Of a stretch of 59,753 bases of DNA, positions 39,401 to 48,249 are shown piece by piece. The stretch's first letter is position 1. Every line of letters begins with the position of its first letter. This DNA is from Salinimicrobium sp. (lineage in GTDB: Archaea; Thermoplasmatota; Poseidoniia; Poseidoniales; Poseidoniaceae), in assembly GCA_964228865.1 (NCBI GenBank), contig CAXRAI010000045.1, forward strand, positions 1 to 59,753, in the 5' to 3' direction. The notes below the pieces were generated by a model. That model was not told the origin of the DNA. It saw nothing but the letters and a program-made list of their open reading frames with translations, and did not search any database. The translations under genes and the position numbers were made by a program.

Positions 39401-41431
39401 AACCTGCGCGGTTCGGACCCCCTCGTCGATGATTTCACCGTCGTTGATGCCGGGGACGCTGACCGTGACCGTTCGGGTCACTGGAGCCGTGTTGACGCCA
39501 CCGGATGAGTGAACGGTGGAGAGGCTGGGGGTGACCGTCACATCGGCTTCAAGCAAGCCCGCCAAGGGGAGGGAATCTGCGGGTCCTTGCACCGAAAGAA
39601 CGGCAGGACTGGTCATGCCCAAGGTCATGTTCGTTGCGTTGGGCGGCGATGGCGTGAAGGCCCAACGGGAGGCTTCAGAGAACCCGCCTGCGCCTCCGTG
39701 AGAGGTAAATCGGACGTCCGAAACCGCCACGGTGGCGTTGACCAACTCGTTGACGTTGTTGATGAGGTTGTGACGAACCTCGAGGTCCATGGGCACCAGT
39801 GCGTCGTATCCAATGCCATAACGGGCCGCACGGACGTCGGCTTCGGAGAGTTCCAACGCGTCCAATTCAAGCCCTGGATCGACCACGATAACAGGAGCCA
39901 CGGAGAGTTCGAGTTCGTCGTTCACAGGAACGCCGTTGACCGCTGAAGCACCCACCCAAAGGTCGACCAAATCGCCCTCTTGGTTCCGCTCGGCGGGGTC
40001 AAGGGGGGCGCTGATGTGGGCCGGGGTGACCGTCACATCAAGGCTCACCGTTTCTCCAGGGGCAAGGTATCCGGTCTGCGGAGGGACGGGCAGCTCAACC
40101 GTCCAGCCTTGTGGGGACGGTGAGAAGCCTGCGGTCATCAGGAAATTGGTGTTCACGTTCCCTTGATTGGTCACGTTCACGGTGATGCCGGTGGGCAGGC
40201 CTGGCACCACACTGATGCTGGTGTTGTCGATGTCGACCTCGGAGAGGAAGAGTTCACCGGCCGTGATGCTGACCACCGCCTGAAGCGAATATTGGGGGCT
40301 GGCTCCTTGTGAGGTGAAAGTCACCGTCAACAGTTCGGTTTGCCCGATGGACGCCGTGATCGGAACGTCGACGTTGGCGACAAATTCGAGGTTGCTCCCG
40401 GCTGAGATAGGCCCGGTGTTCAACGGCCATGAGGACGTGTCGGACCAACCGAGGAGGCTGTGCGTGGCCACGTTCCAGTTGTCCAGCTGCTGACCTGTGT
40501 TGTCGAGTTGGAAGGTCAGCAGTTTGCTGGTCCCGGGCTGAAGCGTGCGGTCTTGCGGAGCGTGGAGCGCAGCCGCGTAGTCAGAAAAGACGACGTCGAA
40601 TGCCGCCACTTGAATGACTTCGCTCCACGAACCTGGTCCCGTGAAGGTCACGGTCATGGTGATGTTGTACCCGCCTGCGAGGCTGGTGGCGTCCAAGGAG
40701 ACGAGGAGGAGTTCGGAATTCGCAGGATTGTGCAGCGAGCCGGGTGCAAGAACCGCGATGGTGTTGGACGGGTAGGTGTTTGCAGCCCCGCCGCTCAAGG
40801 GCGTCAACACGACGTCCATGGTGGCGCTCATGTCGGTGACGCCGTCGTTCTTGACGGGCACCGACAGTTCGTACGTGCCCAACGAGAGACGAGCCACAGA
40901 CTGACCTGGGCTCGCTTCGGGGTGGGTCGGGGCGAGGGTGGTGCCGTCGAGGTAGCGTTCAACGTCCAACGCAAGGACCCGTTCATCGTTCATGGTGTTC
41001 CCGTCCAGCTGGGACGAAACGCGGGCGTAGAGGGTCTGGTCCTCTCCCGTTGCGGCCGTCCAAGACATGAGGAACACCGAGGGCGCACCCCCGGGTGCAA
41101 GGGAACCGGTGGACATTTGGTCGACTTGAACCTCAAACGCGGTTGGAGATCCCTTGTGGAACAGGGACAGGGTGGCGCTGCCTGCGAGCGTCCCCACGTT
41201 GGCGACTTCGATTCGAACCGTGTGGGCGCCGGGAGCAGCCACGACGGAGATGATGCCCCCTTCGTTGAGTTGAATGGAACCGTGGTTGTCCAGCGTCAGG
41301 CTGCTGACGCTGAAGTCAGGGCCCGCCCGACCTGAGGTGGCTTCTGCGGCCGGGGTGGCCATGGGCAGGACGAGGGTGAGGAGGAGCAAGGCGACCAAGC
41401 CAATGGACGAAGCACGGGAAGCCATGGTCAT
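36491..41431 (-). CDS. Giant exported multi-Ig (CARDB/NEW3-like) protein with C-terminal ~5-TM domain
   Basis: Signal peptide and many repeats of V.N.GN..D......GW.......L.PG....V.V..P. C-terminal multi-TM region with cytoplasmic helices. Confidence 0.8.
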   Translation of the reverse strand: MTMASRASSIGLVALLLLTLVLPMATPAAEATSGRAGPDFSVSSLTLDNHGSIQLNEGGIISVVAAPGAHTVRIEVANVGTLAGSATLSLFHKGSPTAFEVQVDQMSTGSLAPGGAPSVFLMSWTAATGEDQTLYARVSSQLDGNTMNDERVLALDVERYLDGTTLAPTHPEASPGQSVARLSLGTYELSVPVKNDGVTDMSATMDVVLTPLSGGAANTYPSNTIAVLAPGSLHNPANSELLLVSLDATSLAGGYNITMTVTFTGPGSWSEVIQVAAFDVVFSDYAAALHAPQDRTLQPGTSKLLTFQLDNTGQQLDNWNVATHSLLGWSDTSSWPLNTGPISAGSNLEFVANVDVPITASIGQTELLTVTFTSQGASPQYSLQAVVSITAGELFLSEVDIDNTSISVVPGLPTGITVNVTNQGNVNTNFLMTAGFSPSPQGWTVELPVPPQTGYLAPGETVSLDVTVTPAHISAPLDPAERNQEGDLVDLWVGASAVNGVPVNDELELSVAPVIVVDPGLELDALELSEADVRAARYGIGYDALVPMDLEVRHNLINNVNELVNATVAVSDVRFTSHGGAGGFSEASRWAFTPSPPNATNMTLGMTSPAVLSVQGPADSLPLAGLLEADVTVTPSLSTVHSSGGVNTAPVTRTVTVSVPGINDGEIIDEGVRTAQVGVATTFPIGLRNVGNDVSNYTISLLNTLPVEWSATLGTAGGLMTTVSSLPSQVAAYPNVISTAHETTFDLTVTSDPLAKAGSITHVDLEISNTDTGEVIGQAQIPITVEAFVDATLDPPYRLVNLSIFESPLTSLTMMNTGNTPAEFTVEIVDPDDEVDFTLTSSTSVLIGAGFSDGVKVQLNPSEDAAADVNYSATVIVTVIGGPVLEAIIQANVSEMDDVALVFDASLDDDAGSSGVQHNAIPGTTVNLPFTLTNDGNYLEDLTLVPQIDDGWGASLDFYTVQLPIDESQVGTLSITVPALGGTAQLDRGDVHEVLIYVNDTETGVLRTLGSVDVVIAPLFDISSPDWPSTLLFHRGLSQGISASVRNVGNADIDVNVDVALYRPGTDQLSEDWALSSAASQVVSLRRGVDTTLDVVVELVELEPLLSLQGELRVTLTPVDTSVSGSAVLETNLAVSRMFQNEPDVFMPGLDDGVENRPFMWTHIPVSASTAAVYELELCSAERLIQPGIIAPDISASDLIWGFDLVTGSGADQTHALDLTATGCAGDGLITLPLRQAWETTGAPTMAIDAPDRPNLLPGDGWDLTFRLYHPNENAGYTEYTEATYRYRLDTKADPAFDLEGVAKEWTITGDRLMEGVATNLSLDIVNYGTSLAVEVLPELICDGAEVVNSPEAIPLLFPGESVNVQFGIQPNSMDWWLSSSQLRCTADWSSPVSASFGDEVDNNRLVIEEEVVAWSPRPIVVLAGAAAGLLLAALFVALRNQNDNFRLAAVYAGLLGLGFSFHLLSIVWWGPVVLTVAALWTWRMSWRASEEFRVLHEDYQRQRKGLSTVYADHFEALRDTQRALSTILALPIFGFVLIVMGVPAQVPGDNLNGGSLLAYLIVVSFGVIYLLRRSNRTYGRIYGRLTDIETSSARIERDLADPARLLGDLAEDGLGLADLLDEASQAARELSETVDWDEQGVVEDV

Positions 41432-41847
41432 GCGCTCGCCCTCCTGAACGCGTGGACGGCGACGGTCTTGCCCTGACGCTTCATTTGCTCGACCAGTTGT
41501 TGGAGCAGTCGATCGTGTTCGGCGTCACTGATGCCCAAGCGACGCCGCTCCTCCCAGAGAAGGAGTTGCTCGGTGCGGGACAGCACGGCGTCCTTGAGGT
41601 AGAGCTCAAGGGTGCGGCGGTACGCATCTCGGTCGGAGATGGCGTACACGATGGTATCGCCTGGGAGGCGGTCAGCGTGGTGTTGGATGACGTTGCCAAG
41701 GTTGAGGGCTTCGTCGTAGGAAAGGTGACGGCGATCCAGGTCGTTCTGGATGGACGAAGCGATTTCCTGAAGCGCGTACCGGGTCGGAGCACGCTGAATC
41801 CGTTTCAGATAGCGGCGGCAGCGACGCGACATACGCACTGCTGCCAT
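41428..41847 (-). CDS. Small helical hypothetical protein (ENT/TerB-like C-terminal motif)
   Basis: ATG 41847 with TTTCAAG 30 nt upstream. ATGA overlap with the next gene. C-terminal AY...L....D..LS..E..LL...R..LGIS..EH..L. Confidence 0.7.
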   Translation of the reverse strand: MAAVRMSRRCRRYLKRIQRAPTRYALQEIASSIQNDLDRRHLSYDEALNLGNVIQHHADRLPGDTIVYAISDRDAYRRTLELYLKDAVLSRTEQLLLWEERRRLGISDAEHDRLLQQLVEQMKRQGKTVAVHAFRRASA

Positions 41848-42012
41848 AGTTCCAACTTTCCCTGCCGGTTCTTGAAAGAATCGCCAATGGCACCTTTCGC
41901 TACCCGAAGTGACTTTCATGTCATTCAACACGCATAAACAGTATGCTGTGGGCGCCGAGTCTGCTTTGAAGACGACCAACAGTTGATACAGGCCCCGCTC
42001 AAGCGTGTTTTC

Positions 42013-42498
42013 ATGAGCGAGGCCCCCACCTTCGAAGCCGGACAACGTGCGCCGACGTTCCAGGCCAACGACGCAGCAGGAAACACGCATGACCTCAGTG
42101 CAACACTCGCCGAGGGTAAACACGTGATCCTGTACTTCTACCCCCGTGACAGCACGCCCGGATGCACCACGCAAGCCTGCGATTTCCGTGACAACATGGC
42201 CCGCTTGAACACAGAATCCTACGTCGTTTGGGGCGTCTCAAAGGACAGTGCTGCATCGCACGACAAGTTTTCCACCAAGCAGGAACTCAATTTCCCGCTC
42301 CTCCTCGACGAGGACGGAAGCCTGCACGAGACCTTTGGCACATGGCGCATGAAGATGAACTACGGAAAGGAGTACATGGGTTGTTCCCGCTCCACCTTTG
42401 TCATCGCGCCAGACGGGACCTTCGCCTGGGCGCGATACAACGTCCGTGCCAAGGGACACGTGGACATGCTGATGCGTGAACTTGGACTTGGAGCGTGA
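42013..42498 (+). CDS. bcp: Peroxiredoxin Bcp/PrxQ
   Basis: LYFYPRDSTPGCTTQACDFRD and RSTFVI motifs. Start at ATG 42013. Confidence 0.93.
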   Translation: MSEAPTFEAGQRAPTFQANDAAGNTHDLSATLAEGKHVILYFYPRDSTPGCTTQACDFRDNMARLNTESYVVWGVSKDSAASHDKFSTKQELNFPLLLDEDGSLHETFGTWRMKMNYGKEYMGCSRSTFVIAPDGTFAWARYNVRAKGHVDMLMRELGLGA

Positions 42499-43330
42499 AG
42501 GTCTGAGCGAGGAAGCACGTCGAACCGTGTCCGCGTTCCTCGAACGCTGTGTCGCCTACGCGTCCTCGTCCATTGAGCGCAAAACACAACGCGGTGAAGA
42601 CACGAGCGGTTGGGAAGCCTACAGGGACCACACCACGTTTGCCCTTGACGAAGTCCGTACAGGCCGCCTCGACGCTTGGTTGAGCGGACAGGGCGATGAC
42701 CAACCTGCACGAACGTCTCAGCGCTTGGTGAACGGACACAACACGTTTCGGATGGATGACCTCGATCACCCCTCTCGAGCACGCCTGCTGACGGCGACGC
42801 TCTCGCCTCGGCCATTGGTGTTGGTCGCCACCACCGATCAGCACGGACGCCACAACCTCGCACCCATGACCTCCCTCAGCGTGGTCTCCAACAGCCCACC
42901 CTTGGTCGTGATGTCCTTGTCAAGCGACCGGGAGGGCAGGGCGCGCGACACCCTCCTCAACCTCCGAGAATGCCCCAACGCGACCCTGTACGTGTTGCTG
43001 AGCGGCCCCGATGACGCAGAGTTGGTCGCCAACACCGCACCTTCGGTCCCCAGAGGCACCTCAGAATGGAACGCCGTTCCTCACGTCAACGACAGCGGGG
43101 GTCGACCCTTTCTCGACCGGGCGGCAGCAGCACTGCAGGTCCGCATGGTGGACGAACTTCCGTTGCCCGAAGCCGTGGCACGGTTGGTCGTGTTGCGGGT
43201 GGAGGAAGTCCTGCTTCCAGAAGCGACCTCCGACGCAACAGCGCTCGACGTGCTGTGTCAGCACGGCCTCGACCGCTTGATGGCAAGCCCCACCGGCTGG
43301 TCGCAGGTGGTCGATCATCGCTCGTCCTGA
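42476..43330 (+). CDS. Flavin reductase-like (FMN-binding split barrel) protein with N-terminal extension
   Basis: PRP..LV.T.....G..NLAP.S......S..PP and RDTL.N motifs. Start uncertain. Confidence 0.75.
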   Translation: MNLDLEREGLSEEARRTVSAFLERCVAYASSSIERKTQRGEDTSGWEAYRDHTTFALDEVRTGRLDAWLSGQGDDQPARTSQRLVNGHNTFRMDDLDHPSRARLLTATLSPRPLVLVATTDQHGRHNLAPMTSLSVVSNSPPLVVMSLSSDREGRARDTLLNLRECPNATLYVLLSGPDDAELVANTAPSVPRGTSEWNAVPHVNDSGGRPFLDRAAAALQVRMVDELPLPEAVARLVVLRVEEVLLPEATSDATALDVLCQHGLDRLMASPTGWSQVVDHRSS

Positions 43331-44277
43331 AGCGTACGCCACGTCCGCCTCAACCCGTCCTCAAGTGACGTCGTGGCTTGCCAACCGAGCTGGTGGTTGG
43401 CCGCTTGTACGGCAGGGCGGCGGTGACGAGGATCCCCGGGATGGCCCGGTGTACCCATGCGAACCGATGCCCCAGTCAGGTTGCAGATGTGGGCCGCAAG
43501 GTCCGCGATGCTGGTCTCCACCGTTGAAGCGAAATTGAAGGCCGACCCGGCCAAAGGCCCCGAGCCGTCCACGCCTTCATCCAGACGGCCCAGACGCTCC
43601 AAACCGTCCACGACATCCCCCACCCATGTGAAGCAGCGGCTTTGCTGCCCGTCTCCATGGACCTCAAGTGGTCGTCCGTGGGCGGCCCGTTCGAACATCA
43701 TCGCCACCACCTGCCCGTTTTGCCCGCCTTTCGCGCGAGGGCCGTAGGCGTTGCATGGTCTCGCGATGCGCACATCGAGGCCTTGCGCCACCGCGGCCTG
43801 GGCCAGAACCTCCACGAGGTACTTGGAAGCCCCGTAGCTGTGCCGCAGGTGTTCGCTCGGTGGCGAGAACGTCGAGCGTTCATCGACGTGCATCATGTCG
43901 GGCGCCTCACCGTAGGCTTCAGGCGATGAAGCCATCACCAGCCTCGCGCCCCAACGTTCTGCTGCAGCGATGGCCTGCAGCGCCCCATTGACCGCGACGT
44001 CGACCACCTCGATGGCCTCGCGATCGAAGCGCGCAGTGCCGTTGATGGCTCCGAGGTGGTGGATGAGGTCACACGGCCCCACGGCTTCCTCCACCGCCAT
44101 CCACGATGCACTGGAGCGTACGTCACCCTCGATGAGCGTGACATCGGGTGGGCACTGCTCGAGCGAGGAACGTGACCCGTCGTCCAAGATGGCCACCTTG
44201 TGACCCTTGGCGACCAAGAGGTCGACCAGATGTGACCCAAGGAAACCGGTCCCACCCGTGACGAGGACCGGCCCCAT
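43315..44277 (-). CDS. NAD-dependent nucleotide-sugar epimerase/dehydratase
   Basis: VTGGTGFLG, ASS.E.YG, YGASK, N.YGP and GDG.Q.R.F motifs. Start at ATG 44277 with a GAGGT SD. Confidence 0.9.
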   Translation of the reverse strand: MGPVLVTGGTGFLGSHLVDLLVAKGHKVAILDDGSRSSLEQCPPDVTLIEGDVRSSASWMAVEEAVGPCDLIHHLGAINGTARFDREAIEVVDVAVNGALQAIAAAERWGARLVMASSPEAYGEAPDMMHVDERSTFSPPSEHLRHSYGASKYLVEVLAQAAVAQGLDVRIARPCNAYGPRAKGGQNGQVVAMMFERAAHGRPLEVHGDGQQSRCFTWVGDVVDGLERLGRLDEGVDGSGPLAGSAFNFASTVETSIADLAAHICNLTGASVRMGTPGHPGDPRHRRPAVQAANHQLGWQATTSLEDGLRRTWRTLQDER

Positions 44278-44281
44278 GACC

Positions 44282-46063
44282 TCACCCCTGTGCCGTGACG
44301 CGCTCCAGCACGTTGAGGCGAACTGCACCTCCGGCCTCACGGACGAGCTCGACAAGATCGCCGTCGTTCACCTCGAGGCACGGGTCCTCGTCGAAGCCGT
44401 GCGCATAGGGTAAGCCAAGCAGGGAAGCCGCAGGGAGGGAAAGGGGGCAAACGTCCCTGGTGACGATGGCCGTTGGGCCACGCCCTCGATACATCAGCCC
44501 CATCAGGACGTAGGGGGCGACGGTCGATCCAGATCCCTTCGGGTAAATCAGGACCTTTTGTTCGATTGAGCGACCGTCCAACGGATGGCCGCGCTCGTCG
44601 ATTTCACCCGTCTCACGGTCGACGTACCCGAGGTAGGTGATGGGCACGTCGGTCACCATTGCACGTCCAACCACGCGGTATTCGGGTTGGGAGGACAAGC
44701 CTTCACCGCTCAGTGCGCATCCACCGTCGTGGTGGTTCACGTTGCTTTGTGGGACATGGTGGGAACGATCTCCAAGGTCTGGGCGAGGTCCCTGTGCGAG
44801 GGTTGGGTCAAAGGCGTGTGCAACGCAGGTTTCGATGTCTGCGACGCTGGTTGGAATGCGGTTCAGGCCACTGGTCAGGTAATGCTCGGCCTTCATTGAA
44901 TTCGTCAAGAGGTGGTTGAACCGCTCACGGTTGTAGGGCGTCACCTCAGGACAGGTGTCCTTCAGCACCACCGCTCCGCTTTCCTCGAGCATGGCCAGCG
45001 AGCCATCGGCCTCGGCCAGGGCATGGTTTTCACGGCTGGTGAACATCCAGAGGCGCCCGTCGGGGATTATGGCACCCATTTCGGCGTGCGCCCTGACCGC
45101 TGAGGCGGTGAGCCGAATTTCCTCAAGCGAGGCTTGCGGGCACCCGATGACCACCAAGTCGACGGTGCCCTGCGGCGCGAGCTCTTCTTTTCGCTTCGCG
45201 AGGGCGGCTTCATCAAACACAAGCGTTCCTTGCCAGCCGCCTTCTGGAGCCGCCCAACCATCGCCCTCGCGTTGCAGTGGGGGGTCGACAGAAATGCCGT
45301 TGACCCACAACATCGGCGTGCCGTAGTTGGCCGCTGCAGCGGTGAGGGCCTTGCGCTCTGCAAAGGTCATGCCCGACTCAAGACCGAGGATGAAGGGCAT
45401 TGGACCCCACGGCATGGACCAACCGGGTTGGGCCTGTGCGCCAATCCAATCGCCAAGGATCGAATAATCGGCCAGTGTGGCAAGGTCTGCGGTCACCTCA
45501 ACACGGATGTTTGGACGGCGGTGTTCGTCGAGGTGAAGCCCCCAACGCGGGGCAAAGCCGGTCAAGGCCGTCGCCAGGGCAGAAAGTCCTGATTCGCGGT
45601 TGGTCCGCATTTTCGTCCACGAATTTGCGAAGCAGACCGCGTTGGACTCGGCCCAACAAGCGATGCCTTCCTCAAGTTCCTCTCCTCGATCGTAAGGGGT
45701 GCAGGACAGGGTGGGTCGAATGCCGAGTTTGGTGTAGGCGTCCACGATGTTCAATTGGGCTTCCAAAAAGCCCTCGCGTCCGAGGTCCATCTCGTCCATC
45801 CGATCGGCATCGCATCCAGCGGAGTTGAGCGTGGTTGGGATCGTGACCCCGAGACCACCGTCTTGGGTCAAGTCCTCGAGAAACCTGACGAGGCCGTCTC
45901 CGCCTGTGATGACCGAAACACCAGACACGTGGGAATCTTTGACTTCGACAAAGGAGGATGCCCCTGCCGTCAACGCGAGGTCGACGACCAAACGAGCCCC
46001 TTTCTGCCGGGCAGGTCCTTCCGCCCCCTCAAGTTGAGCCTGCAAGCGCGGTGGCAGGTCCAT
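44282..46063 (-). CDS. Aconitase X family protein, large (DUF521) and small (DUF126) subunits fused; candidate phosphomevalonate dehydratase
   Basis: SCTPY, W.ESNAV.FANS, RTNRE, IGCP and DTC (Fe-S ligands) in the N-terminal part. GYVD..TG.I....HPL.G.SI..KVL..P.G.GST in the C-terminal part. Confidence 0.85.
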   Translation of the reverse strand: MDLPPRLQAQLEGAEGPARQKGARLVVDLALTAGASSFVEVKDSHVSGVSVITGGDGLVRFLEDLTQDGGLGVTIPTTLNSAGCDADRMDEMDLGREGFLEAQLNIVDAYTKLGIRPTLSCTPYDRGEELEEGIACWAESNAVCFANSWTKMRTNRESGLSALATALTGFAPRWGLHLDEHRRPNIRVEVTADLATLADYSILGDWIGAQAQPGWSMPWGPMPFILGLESGMTFAERKALTAAAANYGTPMLWVNGISVDPPLQREGDGWAAPEGGWQGTLVFDEAALAKRKEELAPQGTVDLVVIGCPQASLEEIRLTASAVRAHAEMGAIIPDGRLWMFTSRENHALAEADGSLAMLEESGAVVLKDTCPEVTPYNRERFNHLLTNSMKAEHYLTSGLNRIPTSVADIETCVAHAFDPTLAQGPRPDLGDRSHHVPQSNVNHHDGGCALSGEGLSSQPEYRVVGRAMVTDVPITYLGYVDRETGEIDERGHPLDGRSIEQKVLIYPKGSGSTVAPYVLMGLMYRGRGPTAIVTRDVCPLSLPAASLLGLPYAHGFDEDPCLEVNDGDLVELVREAGGAVRLNVLERVTAQG

Positions 46064-46158
46064 GAGGTCGGGTCATGGAGGAAGGCCCTCAAGCCTGCCG
46101 GAAGGAAGACGTTGATTTCGGCAGAGGTTTTGTTACGTTTGATGACGAACGTCGAACC

Positions 46159-48249
46159 ATGTCGACGGCCCAATCCGCCACACATCAGCAGCAACAGCAG
46201 CGAACAGAAGACGAGCGCGGAGGCCGAACGGCGGCCGTGATTCAGGGTGTGCTGATCCTCTTGGCGCTCGGACTCGGTGGAGCCGGGATGGTGTTGCCTC
46301 TGAACGATGCCGCTGATGTTGGACAGATCTCGATGCTCATCGTCACGGAGGACGCAACGGAGGGCTGTCCCGGATCGGGCGTCCTGCTCCTGTACGGCGC
46401 GGATGAAAACGGAGACGGAACGCTTGCAGCCTCGGAGCGAGACGGCTCGACCACCGTCTGTGACGGTGCACGTGGCCCAAGCGGAACGCCTGGGACTGAC
46501 GGCCTGCAGGTGCTGATGACGAGCTCCACGGTGCCCCCAGGATCCACATGCGCTGAAGGGGGGTTGGCCTATGCGTGGGGCTTGGACCTCGACAACAACG
46601 CTACACTCGAAGACGCCGAAGTGCTCGAGACCTCCTTCCTTTGCCACGGCACGGAAGGGACCCCCGGCACCAACGGCTCGCCTGGCCTTGACGGCCAAAA
46701 CGGCAGCGACGGTGAGGACGGGCAGCACGGGACCACCGCCCTCATCACCTCCGAACTCCCCGACCCGGGCGTCTGTCCCGTGGGCCTGCTGCTTCACATC
46801 GGCTTGGACGATGGCCTTGAGGCCGGAGACGGGGTGCTCCAACCCGATGAAGTCGACGAAACGGTGCGCATCTGCGCCACAGACCTGCGGACGGGTCCGC
46901 TCTCTGATTTGAGCCCGGGTTCTGCAAATTCTCTCACGAATGGGTGTGATGCCATGGCGCACATCGGGGACGACCTCTATGCCGCCATGACCGACGGCAC
47001 CTACGGGTGTGAGTTGCACCGCTTCGCAGGCGGGTGGAACGCGCCCACCTTGGTCGCCGATTTGAACCCGAGCGGCGACGCCCAGCCAGGCCTTCACCTC
47101 GGCTTGGTGGCTGCTTCGGCCGACGTGCTGCTCTTTGACGCGACCGGCACCAACGGCCACCGCGGCCTTTGGGCGTTGAACGCAAGCACGATGGACGCCA
47201 CACCGCTGATCGTGGACGGTGCTGGAGGCACCGTCGATGGCACCTCCATGCTCATCCCCTGGTTGGACGGACACGTGCTCAGCCGCCCCGGTGGCGCTGG
47301 ACTGCCGTGGTGGACCGACGGCACCGTCGAAGGAACGATGACGCTCGACCTTCATCCGGCCATGTCAGAAGGGACCGCATTGCAGGCGTGGGCTGCAGGC
47401 ATGCTCCGCATCGGCATCGACCTCGGCCTCAGCGACGAGAACGGGCTCTGGATGGATGTCGAAGACGGTTCAGGCGACGTTGAACCGGTCCTGATCCACC
47501 CCAACGGAACGGTGCAGGCCTTCGACGTCTGGCCAGCAGGCTCGTCCTCCCCGGCCACCGGCGTGGCGGTTCACACCGGAATCGTCGTCGTGGGAACGAC
47601 CCCAGAAGGCCGGCAACTGGTTCACCTTGACCCGGCCCAACCTCCACGTCAGGTCACCCACCTGGTCCGGTCTGGAAGCGGCCAACCGCCTGCCTTTGTG
47701 GGGACCGCCTTCGGGCTGATGGCCCTTGACGACCATGTGGTGTTTGATGCCGTGCTCGACGGAGCCGATGCGTCCCTGTGGGGCTGGAACGCGTCCTCAG
47801 ACGAAGTGCAACGGCTCTCAACGACGATGATGAACCCCGGCGGTGACATGCGACCCATCGAACACCACGGACGCTTGTGGTTCTCGTGCGTGATCGTGGC
47901 CAACGGATCGGAGCCGTGCAGCACGGACGGGACGGTGAACGGCACCCACATGCACGAGATGGTGCCGGGTTGGACCGGCTCAGTGCCTCGCGCTGCCGTT
48001 CCATTCCAGGACGGCATCGCGGTCTTGGCTGCGTCCGGTTCCGGTTCAGCGCTGCACCAGCTTGACCTCAACGGCAGCCAGCTGCTTCACGACCCCAATC
48101 CATCGGGTGATGCCGACGCTGGGCGGTACGGAGGGTTGTTGGTCGACGAGGACCGTTTCGTGTTCGTGGCCCATGACGGAAGTTCAGGCCATGAATTGCA
48201 CGGATGGTGCCACGGTGGGATGACCCAATCCTGGCTGATCTGGCCCTAA
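46159..48249 (+). CDS. Membrane-anchored protein with Cys/Ca-binding repeats, collagen-like linkers and an ELWxxDGT-like beta-propeller
   Basis: N-terminal TM, three C..GG.....G.D...G.L...EV.....C repeats separated by G-X-Y triplets, then G.EL/EP..TDGT..GT-type repeats. Start at ATG 46159. Confidence 0.75.
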   Translation: MSTAQSATHQQQQQRTEDERGGRTAAVIQGVLILLALGLGGAGMVLPLNDAADVGQISMLIVTEDATEGCPGSGVLLLYGADENGDGTLAASERDGSTTVCDGARGPSGTPGTDGLQVLMTSSTVPPGSTCAEGGLAYAWGLDLDNNATLEDAEVLETSFLCHGTEGTPGTNGSPGLDGQNGSDGEDGQHGTTALITSELPDPGVCPVGLLLHIGLDDGLEAGDGVLQPDEVDETVRICATDLRTGPLSDLSPGSANSLTNGCDAMAHIGDDLYAAMTDGTYGCELHRFAGGWNAPTLVADLNPSGDAQPGLHLGLVAASADVLLFDATGTNGHRGLWALNASTMDATPLIVDGAGGTVDGTSMLIPWLDGHVLSRPGGAGLPWWTDGTVEGTMTLDLHPAMSEGTALQAWAAGMLRIGIDLGLSDENGLWMDVEDGSGDVEPVLIHPNGTVQAFDVWPAGSSSPATGVAVHTGIVVVGTTPEGRQLVHLDPAQPPRQVTHLVRSGSGQPPAFVGTAFGLMALDDHVVFDAVLDGADASLWGWNASSDEVQRLSTTMMNPGGDMRPIEHHGRLWFSCVIVANGSEPCSTDGTVNGTHMHEMVPGWTGSVPRAAVPFQDGIAVLAASGSGSALHQLDLNGSQLLHDPNPSGDADAGRYGGLLVDEDRFVFVAHDGSSGHELHGWCHGGMTQSWLIWP

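Noticed and set aside
41848-42012. Possible tRNA or ncRNA in the longest internal intergenic region
   Set aside because: No cloverleaf, T-loop or box C/D pattern seen. Explained by divergent promoters.
45970-47355. 461-aa minus-strand ORF
   Set aside because: Antisense to the repeat/propeller surface protein.
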